Below, piece after piece: positions 1 to 8,519 of a stretch of DNA of 13,209 nucleotides. The notes under the pieces are model-generated. The model ran no database searches. It was given only the letters and a program-made list of their open reading frames with translations, and was not told the origin of the DNA. The first letter of the stretch is position 1. The number at the start of each line of letters is the position of its first letter. Source of the stretch: Amoeboradix gromovi X-113. Lineage: Eukaryota > Fungi > Sanchytriomycota. The stretch spans positions 1-13,209 of the forward strand of contig JADGIF010000239.1 of NCBI GenBank assembly GCA_018985225.1, read 5' to 3'. Position numbers and translations under genes: made by a program.

Positions 1-1
1 C

Positions 2-166
2 CAGGAGATAGTACAGCTAATACAAGGGCATATGGAATATCTGTCAGAGAGATTCCCTTCCCAGGGTTCCAGGATTTCCAGGTCGTTTTCAAAGATCTTG
101 ACCACAAATGAATCAGATATGGACTTTTTGAAAAAGTTCTTTTTAAACGAAAGCATCACGCAATAA
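2..166 (+). CDS. 3' end of a CDS running in from the left edge (QEIVQLIQGHMEYLSERF...FLNESITQ*), function unknown
   Basis: The frame is open from base 2 to TAA at 164-166. The stop overlaps AATAAA, as in several other genes here. Confidence 0.5.
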   Translation, partial: QEIVQLIQGHMEYLSERFPSQGSRISRSFSKILTTNESDMDFLKKFFLNESITQ

Positions 167-630
167 ATACTCTGGATCTTATTTAATGCAAGCAGCTTGC
201 GCCCTAATCTACCAGTCATGGATGAGATGCAGTGCACGCGTAAGTAAGAGTTGCACTTCCGTGAAATAAACGCCAGTATGTGTTTCTTGCTTTGGCTTTC
301 ATGATTCTTGAAGCTTTCATAGTGTGGCTATGAATCAAATTCAACTGGCCTTGGACGATATGATATAAAATTGAGTATTAACCCTCTGGAGCACTGATTA
401 TAACTGGTGCCAACGAGCTGGTTTTACGCAATTTTCATCACCTTTTTTGTTCGTCTGCTCTTTTACACAAAGCTTCTTGTTTTTCCAACAATACACCTTT
501 ATTTTACGATAAGACTGATTTCAAATTGAGATAATTGCACCATTTTAGCTCCAATCAAAGAAATTCGTATTCGGCAAATATTCATTTTGTTGCCATTGTT
601 TTCACAACCTGAACCGTACATTTACCAACG

Positions 631-1059
631 ATGCTAATTAAAAGGAAAACCTTCAAAATTCACATGCAACCTCGCCCATCCATAGTCGGATATATATTGT
701 TCAACATTGGTCTGTTTTTGTTCCACTTACCTAGTAATTGGCTTTACATGTTTGTTTTGTTCATATTTAGCTTAGTGTGCACTCTGCATCATCTTTATGA
801 TCCTGACTTTGTATATTTTGAGAAATGGGTATTGTTAGTGTTAAGTATTTACATGTGTGTATTTTTGTATCTTTACCTTTTCAAATTAGATATCATATAT
901 CAAAAACTGCTTAAATATATACCCTCATTGAATTTTAACGAGACTCTACTGATTATGTATATTCTGTCTATACAATTTTGTTTGGTTTCTTCTGTCATTG
1001 TTATTTTTGCCAGTTCTCAACGCAGATATCTAACGACAAAACAGCTTTATTTAGTTTAA
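631..1059 (+). CDS. Small hypothetical multi-pass membrane protein (about 4 TM helices; start may be ATG 664)
   Basis: 142-aa ORF with several hydrophobic stretches and AATAAA just after the stop, convergent with the next gene. T-rich DNA can mimic this pattern. Confidence 0.5.
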   Translation: MLIKRKTFKIHMQPRPSIVGYILFNIGLFLFHLPSNWLYMFVLFIFSLVCTLHHLYDPDFVYFEKWVLLVLSIYMCVFLYLYLFKLDIIYQKLLKYIPSLNFNETLLIMYILSIQFCLVSSVIVIFASSQRRYLTTKQLYLV

Positions 1060-1063
1060 TATT

Positions 1064-1075
1064 AATAAATTTATT
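1064..1075. terminator. Bidirectional polyadenylation signal (palindrome AATAAATTTATT) between convergent genes
   Basis: A perfect 12-bp palindrome gives AATAAA on both strands between the stop codons at 1057-1059 (+) and 1077-1075 (-). Confidence 0.55.
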
Positions 1076-3249
1076 CAGTTTAAAATGACTTGTTTAACAT
1101 TAGCCATCAATGCCAGTTCCTTGATCTCAGTGCTTGCGACTATTTCTATGGCCATGTACTCCAAATTCTTTAAATACCACCCAAGCATTCCAAGCACCTC
1201 TTCTGTCTCAAAGGACCTGTATATCCTGCATCCTGCTACCATCTCTTTTACTCTTGCCTGCTGGTGCTCATCAAACAGCTTGATTGAATCGCTCTTCATC
1301 AAAAACGTGCAGTCCTCGTTTTCTTTGATATAGCGCATCACGGCATCCGAGTTGCACTCTATACTGTGCGAGTGTATCATTACCAGTCTGCTCTTCCTTT
1401 CGAACACCTCCAACTCAAATCCTATGGGCCCTGCAACCATAAGACTGACTTTCTCCACATTTTCAAACCTCTTGTATCTCAGCAGCGCAAGGCTCAGATG
1501 CTTTGGCAGTACCACCACGTTCGATCTGTCTGCAGCGTCAACCGCTCTTGTCCCCAGTAGACCCCTCAATAACTTTGATTCCATCGTATCCGAGTAGACA
1601 TGTATGTTCGCCACTCCGTCTAGCTGATCTAGCACTTTGCTATAAAGAGTCTTGCGAAGCATCTTGTTCCAGTTCTGCTTCCCATCCGACCTTACCGAAC
1701 CCAGCTTATCCCTGTGGTTGAACAGGTTGTTGAACAGCTTGTTGCTGTCGTTTGGTGGCAAAGTGAGAGTTATGAACAGCTGGCTACTATTCTTGAACTC
1801 CGATGGAACATTGGGCACTCTGCAAGGTCTGCAATAGAACCCAAACGTGTACTGGTCAGGAAACACCATGAGAGGGACGAGCTTGCTGTCGACAAGATAC
1901 GCGCTGCAGTAATGCTCCGAATAGCCTGAATCAAGAACCGCAGAATAGAACTTAAGTGATCCGACATTGTCAGTCAGCATCTTCTGAAATAAGTCAGCTT
2001 TGCAAATGTAATCGAAAGATACTGCATTTATTTGTTTTAACAAAAGACTCAGTGACTCCATGTCCGGGCGGTGACTAAACAAAGACACGGTGAATCCTTT
2101 GCAACCAAACACATTGACCTTCAAAGATATGTTGATCAAACCATCGCTGAATCCCACCTGGGACCACAGGTCTTCAGTACTAGGGACTGCATCAAGTGTT
2201 TCCCTACCTGCAACCTCGATTGCGGAGGGGGTTTCTGGTGCACCGGTAGTAGCAGATGGCTGAGGGCGCGTGTTGCTTGTGCTGGCTATTTTGGGTGCGG
2301 CAGCAGTCAAGGCATCTGAAGAACCACCAGGACTAGACTTTGGTATGATGAAATTCAAATAGTCCGGCCTAGACTGGACCTGCTTGGCTCTTTTGCGCTT
2401 CGAAGCAGCATGCTCAAGCGTGCGTTTTCTGCTCGGGACAGAAGATTTCAGTTGATCAATCGAGTCAAAATGAATGCTTTTCAAATAAGCGTTCAACTGC
2501 TCAGTGCCGAGGACATAGTTTTCATATATCTTGCAAGCATCGAGCGCTACGGATTTGAGAAAGTGGCAGTGAAAGTCAAACCGCTCCTCGAAAGTGTCGT
2601 AGTAGTGATTGGTGATCTTGGAAAGGGAGCCGTTGAACAGCTCGGTTAGCTTGTCGTTGAAGTTGATGCCACATTTGGATTCAACAAAATCCGATATGCT
2701 GAGGACTCTGAGAGAGTCTACAGACTCTTGGGTTGCCTGAACAGCCTCAGTCCCGTCGTCTTGGAGTATGTTCCACTTGCACTTGATCGCTAAGAAGGGG
2801 CGCCTGCGCTCTTCGTCTACTTCCAGCTTGATTGATTGGATGCCCTGGAATGCTTTTGAAAACAGCTTGAAGTTGGCCTCCTCTTCGGTTGTGTCCAAGC
2901 TATCAAAGTACTCCTCCACATGTTCGTCGATAGTCGAGTTGGTTTCCGGTTCGATAGACATATCCGCAAATGACTCCCAGCTTACCATGTACAGCTTCAG
3001 CACCCTGTTCTCCCTGATTCCAGCAACGTGCTTGACTATTTTATCCACATAGAATGCCCCGTTCGAGGCGTGCACCAGGATTCTTTCCGTGATCAATGGG
3101 TTCTGGTTCCATGTCTCCAGCATCAGCTTATACAAGTCCGATGTGGATGTCGAGCTACGGACCGCTCTACCATATGCTTCTAGTATGTTCAGTAGCTGCG
3201 CTCTGGTGAATCTTTTGATCACCCTGATCTTCTCATCTTGTGTGGCCAT
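1075..3249 (-). CDS. ~724-aa putative nuclear protein: SAP/HeH-like + chromodomain + NLS + degenerate Hsp70/actin-like (ASKHA) fold
   Basis: Long uninterrupted ORF with first ATG at 3249 (the track start at 3261 is TTG). Chromo-like segment FYVDKIVKH...LYMVSWESFADMSIEPETN...VEEYF. Basic cluster RKR...KRKRAK. C-terminal motifs are colinear with the Hsp70 NBD. Confidence refers to the CDS; the domain calls are less certain. Confidence 0.85.
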   Translation of the reverse strand: MATQDEKIRVIKRFTRAQLLNILEAYGRAVRSSTSTSDLYKLMLETWNQNPLITERILVHASNGAFYVDKIVKHVAGIRENRVLKLYMVSWESFADMSIEPETNSTIDEHVEEYFDSLDTTEEEANFKLFSKAFQGIQSIKLEVDEERRRPFLAIKCKWNILQDDGTEAVQATQESVDSLRVLSISDFVESKCGINFNDKLTELFNGSLSKITNHYYDTFEERFDFHCHFLKSVALDACKIYENYVLGTEQLNAYLKSIHFDSIDQLKSSVPSRKRTLEHAASKRKRAKQVQSRPDYLNFIIPKSSPGGSSDALTAAAPKIASTSNTRPQPSATTGAPETPSAIEVAGRETLDAVPSTEDLWSQVGFSDGLINISLKVNVFGCKGFTVSLFSHRPDMESLSLLLKQINAVSFDYICKADLFQKMLTDNVGSLKFYSAVLDSGYSEHYCSAYLVDSKLVPLMVFPDQYTFGFYCRPCRVPNVPSEFKNSSQLFITLTLPPNDSNKLFNNLFNHRDKLGSVRSDGKQNWNKMLRKTLYSKVLDQLDGVANIHVYSDTMESKLLRGLLGTRAVDAADRSNVVVLPKHLSLALLRYKRFENVEKVSLMVAGPIGFELEVFERKSRLVMIHSHSIECNSDAVMRYIKENEDCTFLMKSDSIKLFDEHQQARVKEMVAGCRIYRSFETEEVLGMLGWYLKNLEYMAIEIVASTEIKELALMANVKQVILN

Positions 3250-3631
3250 GAGCTGTCTCAAAAATGAATCCTTTTATTGTCGAAAGTACATGCATGATAC
3301 GCCCTACCTTGCTTGCGGGATGAACACTACTCACGCTTTATTTTCTACTCAATGCCATGCACTGGTGCATTTTAGGGTGGTGACAAACAGCTATCAAAAG
3401 TTACGGCAGTGTATCGAGGCTTCCTAAACTAAAAATCAGAACACAATCTTAAGGTTGATTTTGATTATTAACTCTCTTAGAAGAATGTAAAGACCAGTTG
3501 ATACTGTTTTCACTAGCATATATAGGTAACGGAAAATATGAAGTAAAACCACTCTGTTGCTTATAGCTCAGGTATACCATAGCAGATTGTAATACAAATC
3601 TGAAAGTGAGAACTGAAAATCAATAAAACAA

Positions 3632-4300
3632 CTAACTTGATTTATTTCTCTTTTTCTTTTGCTGTTTTTCATTTAACAAAAGTGCAATTCTAACAAACAA
3701 TGCTACAGCATCAACATATAGGTCTGCAGCAGCTCTTAAAACATCAATTTGCCCTTGCTCAGCCTTGTAAATCATGACTTGTGTATCATAAAGAATGTAT
3801 GTTGCAAAAACTAAAATTCCTATGACGAGCTCGAAATACAAGTTTAATCTGATTCCAAATATCCAGGATGCAAAAGAATTAGCAATTAAAATCATAGATC
3901 CAGTAGATATTAGTGACATGATGTACGACATATATCTTGTGGGAGAACTTAGGACACTTGCACTAAAAGCAAAAAACACAAGAGATGTATACAGCAATGC
4001 TTGCAAAACCAATTCTTGCGGAATGAACTCAAGAAAGTGAATTGATGCACCTTTGGCTACTGCAAATGATATAAACGCTGCTTGTTTGTATGGCTTGCTA
4101 AATGATCCGAATAAAGCAATGTAACTTAGCATTGCCACTGGTGCAGCCACTATTCGAGGAATAGGCAGAACGTAACCACAAATAGCAAGCACAAATCCAA
4201 ATGACAACCATGCATAAACTTGCGTTACCTGTCTTTTGACTGCTGGTTTTAATGGTGCAAAATCTAATAATTTTGAGATTGGAATTTGAACGGTTTCCAT
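3632..4300 (-). CDS. BI-1: Bax inhibitor-1 (TMBIM6-like) family membrane protein
   Basis: Hydrophobic 222-aa protein with QVYAWL near the N-terminus, the YILYDTQVMI and DLYVDAVALFVRIALLL signatures, and a lysine-rich C-terminal tail. Confidence 0.92.
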   Translation of the reverse strand: METVQIPISKLLDFAPLKPAVKRQVTQVYAWLSFGFVLAICGYVLPIPRIVAAPVAMLSYIALFGSFSKPYKQAAFISFAVAKGASIHFLEFIPQELVLQALLYTSLVFFAFSASVLSSPTRYMSYIMSLISTGSMILIANSFASWIFGIRLNLYFELVIGILVFATYILYDTQVMIYKAEQGQIDVLRAAADLYVDAVALFVRIALLLNEKQQKKKRNKSS

Positions 4301-4491
4301 TTATTTGTTTCATCTGGGGTGTAGAATCATTCTAGAAAATGGGATGATTGAAGTTATACCTTGACGATTTAACGACTACTTCTGCTCAATAACGCTAAGT
4401 TTCATTTTCATTAGCGAATATGGTTTGCTTCTTCAGTCAAATAAAAATTGTTCTGTAGATTTTTGTCTTTGGTCACATCCATTTTGTTTCC

Positions 4492-4604
4492 ATAGGCGTG
4501 GGAAATGGTATCGCTGACAGTTTATATAAACTGTTGGCAGAGCGACTGGCCTTGTCAGTTTCTCTAGGAACTAGGAGTTATAGCGAGGATGCGCATATCC
4601 CTAT
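4492..4604. other. Cluster of stem-loops including a perfect 18-bp palindrome; candidate structured RNA or cis-element
   Basis: ACAGTTTATATAAACTGT at 4517-4534 extends through G-U pairs (GCTG/TGGC). Further hairpins: ACTGGC-CTT-GTCAGT (4545-4559) and GGATG-CGCA-TATCC (4587-4600). Confidence 0.3.
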
Positions 4605-4681
4605 TTAAAATTTAAAATGCACAATTGCTTGTGCTTTTGAATCGGAAATGATGTTTTCTCAAGCATAAAATAACAAATTTA

Positions 4682-5611
4682 TTAATCTATTTGCCTTATG
4701 TTGATATTTATCCTCATGTTGTTATCTTTGAGAAACTTAAATACATCATTATAATCTAACAAATCACAATTCTCTAATTTGCTAAAATCCGAGGCCCTTA
4801 TCTTAGGAACTCCATGGTAAGCATATCTACACTCTCCATACATCAAAAGAGCATCCCCAGAACGCATTTCAACGGCAACAGGTGGATCTTTTCTATCTTT
4901 AGTCCCCATTAGCAAAACTCCAGTTGCACCTAAGCTAAAAGAGCATAAAGGCACTTCCATATTAGATTCAGATAGATCCACGTGTGCCATCATTCTATCG
5001 CATTGCTTGTAATAATTAACGACACCAGCTTCAATATGAATACTATCGTATTTAGTGTACGGAAATGAAGCCTTGACAATCTTTTGAGTTGCGCTGTTTA
5101 TTAAAGCAGGAATGGGATATGACGTAGCAGTATACTTACGGTTAACCCAGTCAAATTCTCTACCGAGAATAGTCCATCTCAGTTTCTTTAACAAAGTATG
5201 AGAAGGTACATTTTTAATTTGCTTTCTAGCGTAAGGGCGATTTGTAACGGGACAAATTCCTTGAAATTGCTTCTGTTTTATCAACACTTCGTCTTGAAGC
5301 TGGTATGATTTAAAAATATCAATACCGTCGCCTAATTCATAATCCTTTTCAAGCACAGTAGGAAACTGATTTGGGTAGGTCACTATAGAATTATACAACA
5401 TATGTTGCTGCTCCAATGTTGATAATGCGTTTCTAATCAATAAACAACCTGGTAGTGGAGATTGTATTAGTTGCATTTCACCAATATAGACTTCATCAGA
5501 AAGTGTGCATCTCAAACTGATTTGATTGCTAGCCAAAATTTCATTCTTGACATCTATATTATTGTGTTGATGTAGTTTTTCAGCAGCTCGAAATGCAGTC
5601 TCCTGTGTCAT
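4682..5611 (-). CDS. ALKBH1: ALKBH1-like Fe(II)/2-oxoglutarate nucleic-acid dioxygenase
   Basis: N-terminal TAFRAAEK, then KKLRWTILG and EAGVVNYY. HxD in AHVDLSE, distal His in YHGVP, and RININIRQ carrying the 2OG-binding arginines. Confidence 0.92.
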   Translation of the reverse strand: MTQETAFRAAEKLHQHNNIDVKNEILASNQISLRCTLSDEVYIGEMQLIQSPLPGCLLIRNALSTLEQQHMLYNSIVTYPNQFPTVLEKDYELGDGIDIFKSYQLQDEVLIKQKQFQGICPVTNRPYARKQIKNVPSHTLLKKLRWTILGREFDWVNRKYTATSYPIPALINSATQKIVKASFPYTKYDSIHIEAGVVNYYKQCDRMMAHVDLSESNMEVPLCSFSLGATGVLLMGTKDRKDPPVAVEMRSGDALLMYGECRYAYHGVPKIRASDFSKLENCDLLDYNDVFKFLKDNNMRININIRQID

Positions 5612-6547
5612 GTAGTCAGAATGAATTAAAAGCTAGCGTGCCAATAGTTCGCCTAAAGCATGGACAATAAAACATGAGATATTTCTTCTTTAGTCTGCCT
5701 TTCGAGAAATATGTGTTTAAGAGTTTATCTAGAATTTGCAGATGGGACATCAAATATAAAAACTGGACTAACTTTCTGCAGCAACTTGGAACATTATTTC
5801 AGCTTTATTAGTTTTATGGATTTGAGAGGCGAGTTGACATTAAGCTAGTTGCGGAGTTGACGAGTATAAAAGGAGAATAAATATTCTGTACAGCTATTCT
5901 CTTACTCTTCATCCAATCTTTATTTCAAATAAACCTCTGATTCATGGTACTGATTCATAATAGGGTATATTTTCATTTAAGAACTGTCCAGAAAGAACTG
6001 TCTTGCCCATAAATAGAGACCTTTCCTAACAAAGTTATGGCCAAGAGAATGCAAAAGCTTTCATACACCAGTAAATCAAAGAAATGTAGTGTCTGTGAGA
6101 ATGAAATAGATAAGAGTACCGTCTAAGAAAATGCACCTTTTGCTTAGATGCTCAAAGACCTCATATATTTGAACGAGATGCAGGGTCTTCTAGTTTTATT
6201 TTGAAAAGAGGAATATAATCAATGAAAGAAAATTGGTATAATAGAAGATCATTTATTAATGATAGCATTTCCTCCATATGGTGCACCTTTAAAAACGAGT
6301 TAGTCTAGTTTTTATATTTGGTGTCCCAGATTATTCCCAAATTAAAGAAGTAAACAGCATATAGTTCGATGTCACTGTGCGTCACAACTCTCAATTTTGA
6401 ATTAATAAGACAAAATCAGGGACGCTGAATATTCTAGCATGCTAAACATTTCATAGTTTATTGATTCGGCTGAAGTGGTTTGTTCTGTGCCGAAAAGTTC
6501 TCAAGAGTGTAAAAATTTCTGCGCATGAGTTCCTAAGAGATCTAATT

Positions 6548-7174
6548 TTACTGGTTAATTATTACTTTACATTTGCAAGGTAGTTTAAATGCAGCCTGTT
6601 TCAGCGCTTCAAGCGCCAATTCTCGAGGAAGCCATTGCTCAACTTGAGCAGCAGTCGGAAGCGGTAGCTGATATCCAATTTTAGGTAGCGATACGGCTCT
6701 GGCGTGCTTTCTCATTAACTGATCTTTCTTCTTTAAATCTAACAAATTCTGATCAATTTGAAAAGTAGAGGACGGGCTTGCGTGCGCAATCATGGGGTGT
6801 ATTCCTATTTCAAACACTATTTTACCCTCAGGAACCCTAGCCATATAATGATCTACATCTGCTTTACCTTTTCCCATGCGAACACCAATTGCCTTCTTAG
6901 TCACAGGAATATCTGGAACAACTCTTAAAAACATTTGTAAATTCTTGCTGTCCAAGGTCCTTTTGGTGGTTTTACGAGCAGATTCTAATTGTTGAATAGT
7001 TAGCCTTGTACCTTCCAAAACTTGCAGCCCAAATTGACCGTGACAGAGTGTTCTTCCTTTTGTGGACATATTCACGTTGACAGGTATTCTACCTTTAAAT
7101 TTCTTCTTGTACTTAATGTTTTGCGGTTGTTGAAGTTCTCTCAAGTATCTTCTAAACATTAATAGTTTGGACAT
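6548..7174 (-). CDS. MRPL16: Mitochondrial ribosomal protein uL16m with a long internal insertion
   Basis: uL16 motifs KYKKKFKGRIP, GQFGL, PVTKK..GVRMGKGK, GKIVFEIG and ALKQAAFKLP. Short basic N-terminal presequence-like leader. Confidence 0.93.
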   Translation of the reverse strand: MSKLLMFRRYLRELQQPQNIKYKKKFKGRIPVNVNMSTKGRTLCHGQFGLQVLEGTRLTIQQLESARKTTKRTLDSKNLQMFLRVVPDIPVTKKAIGVRMGKGKADVDHYMARVPEGKIVFEIGIHPMIAHASPSSTFQIDQNLLDLKKKDQLMRKHARAVSLPKIGYQLPLPTAAQVEQWLPRELALEALKQAAFKLPCKCKVIINQ

Positions 7175-7498
7175 GCTGTAATTAAAGTCAACTGGAGGGA
7201 CTTGTGTGACAAAAAGAAAATGAAGATTAGATTAGAAAACCCAGCAAAAGTCTCCAAAGCTATGATATACAGATTCTATCAGAACATCGGACTATGACTG
7301 AAATTAGCATCAGCACCGTAAAACACAAAACATGTCTATCTCGTGTATAAAGCGGTTGACCTGGGAAGTGCGTCGGCTGCAAACATGAGCACGGTGGTAG
7401 AGAGATAAAGAGCCAGTTAAACGATCTATTATGGTGATTGCTGCTAACGGGTGCATCAGAAAAGCCGTTGCCGCGCCCCAAAGAAAAGACAGGTTTTT

Positions 7499-7701
7499 AT
7501 AGCAGGAAAAAGGCTGCTTTGGGGTTTCAAGGTTTATCACAAAGAATGCTGCAGCATGAAAATGAAGACTTTGAAGCAAAAAAGAGAAACTCTTAACAAA
7601 GTGTTGCCCAAGTATTAGAATACGGGATATTTCTGCATGACTATCTTTCGATATTTGTTTTCAAAGTTTGACTAGCTGTTGGAGAGTGTGGCCCATTTTA
7701 C
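7499..7701 (+). repeat. Repeat copy A (inverted relative to 13007..13209; may extend further left)
   Basis: Reverse complement of 13007..13209 with a single mismatch (7581 A versus 13127 C on the + strand). Confidence 0.97.
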
Positions 7702-7721
7702 AAGTTGGAATCCCCTGTTTT

Positions 7722-8075
7722 ATGATTAAATCAAGTGAGCTTGTGGCCATAGAGAGAAAGTATACTAGATTCGTGAAGCAGGTAATAAATGAGCTGAATG
7801 AGATGAGAAATAAATTGTCAAAATACGAAGAGCCTAAAATTGTAAAACAGGTTGTAATAAAGACCGTCGAAGATAAAAATATAGCTGCAAAGCTACGAAA
7901 AGAGATTCAAGAGATAAAAATAAAGCTTCAGGAAAAGGAAAACGAGAACAAAATTTTAAGGCAAAAATTGAAAAAGACTTCAGAAAGATATCACCTCGTC
8001 ACACTAGGACATATCTCTGAAATTGCATTTTTAAACAACTCTTTAAATAAGCTAAATGCCGCTATAATTGAATAA
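7722..8075 (+). CDS. Small coiled-coil hypothetical protein (117 aa from ATG 7722)
   Basis: K/E/Q-rich heptad-like sequence (LRKEIQEIKIKLQEKENENKILRQKL). The stop overlaps AATAAA. The track's longer start is a TTG inside the repeat. Confidence 0.7.
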   Translation: MIKSSELVAIERKYTRFVKQVINELNEMRNKLSKYEEPKIVKQVVIKTVEDKNIAAKLRKEIQEIKIKLQEKENENKILRQKLKKTSERYHLVTLGHISEIAFLNNSLNKLNAAIIE

Positions 8076-8519
8076 ATGTTTTTTGACTATAAGAGGCGTT
8101 AAATAATTTTTGCACCTTTAGTAAAAACTGCACCAGCGAATCTAGATAGCAATCCCCGCATACTATCACCTATAAGCTAGGCAAAGTACTTCTGCTATAT
8201 CTTCTTTGCTACCAACTCAGTCTTTCACTATTTGTTAAAGACATTCAATTACAACTATCTTTATACCTGTTCGGAACTGTTTAAGCCGAGAATTTATTCA
8301 AATCCTGAAGGAGTTTTGGTCTTAATTTTTGATTTCATTTTATATTTTGATTTCTCATTTATTGCAATTTGGAGACCCACTTACGCTACATATGGTACGG
8401 ACAAATTCATGAAAGAAATGTCTCAAAAACGTGGAATTAGTCACTTAGAGTGTCACGTATTTGTTGCTTGTGATTTGGGCAAATTTCGTTGCCACTTATT
8501 TCTAGTCTTAGGTTTTAAA

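Noticed and set aside
200-620. Possible minus-strand coding remnant
   Set aside because: Multiple stops in the frames examined and no identifiable motif.
1909-1941. VLDSGYSEH resembles the Ty1/copia protease motif (LDSGAS.H)
   Set aside because: No gag, RT, integrase or LTR is visible. The downstream motifs fit an Hsp70/actin phosphate-1 loop better.
1085-3427. Many short ORFs overlapping the long gene, mostly on the + strand
   Set aside because: Antisense or alternative-frame shadows of a GC-rich CDS, with no recognisable motifs.
4321-4385. GAATCATTCTAG...ATGATT resembling U3 box A or a C/D snoRNA
   Set aside because: No proper box C/D pair or other U3 boxes, and it lies in the BI-1 promoter.
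7243-7256. AAAGTCTCC resembling RNase MRP CR-I
   Set aside because: No matching CR-V (GGAGCTTAC-like) partner found downstream.
7260-7579. Minus-strand 73-aa and 89-aa ORFs
   Set aside because: Short, adjacent to or overlapping the repeat, and without protein-like features.
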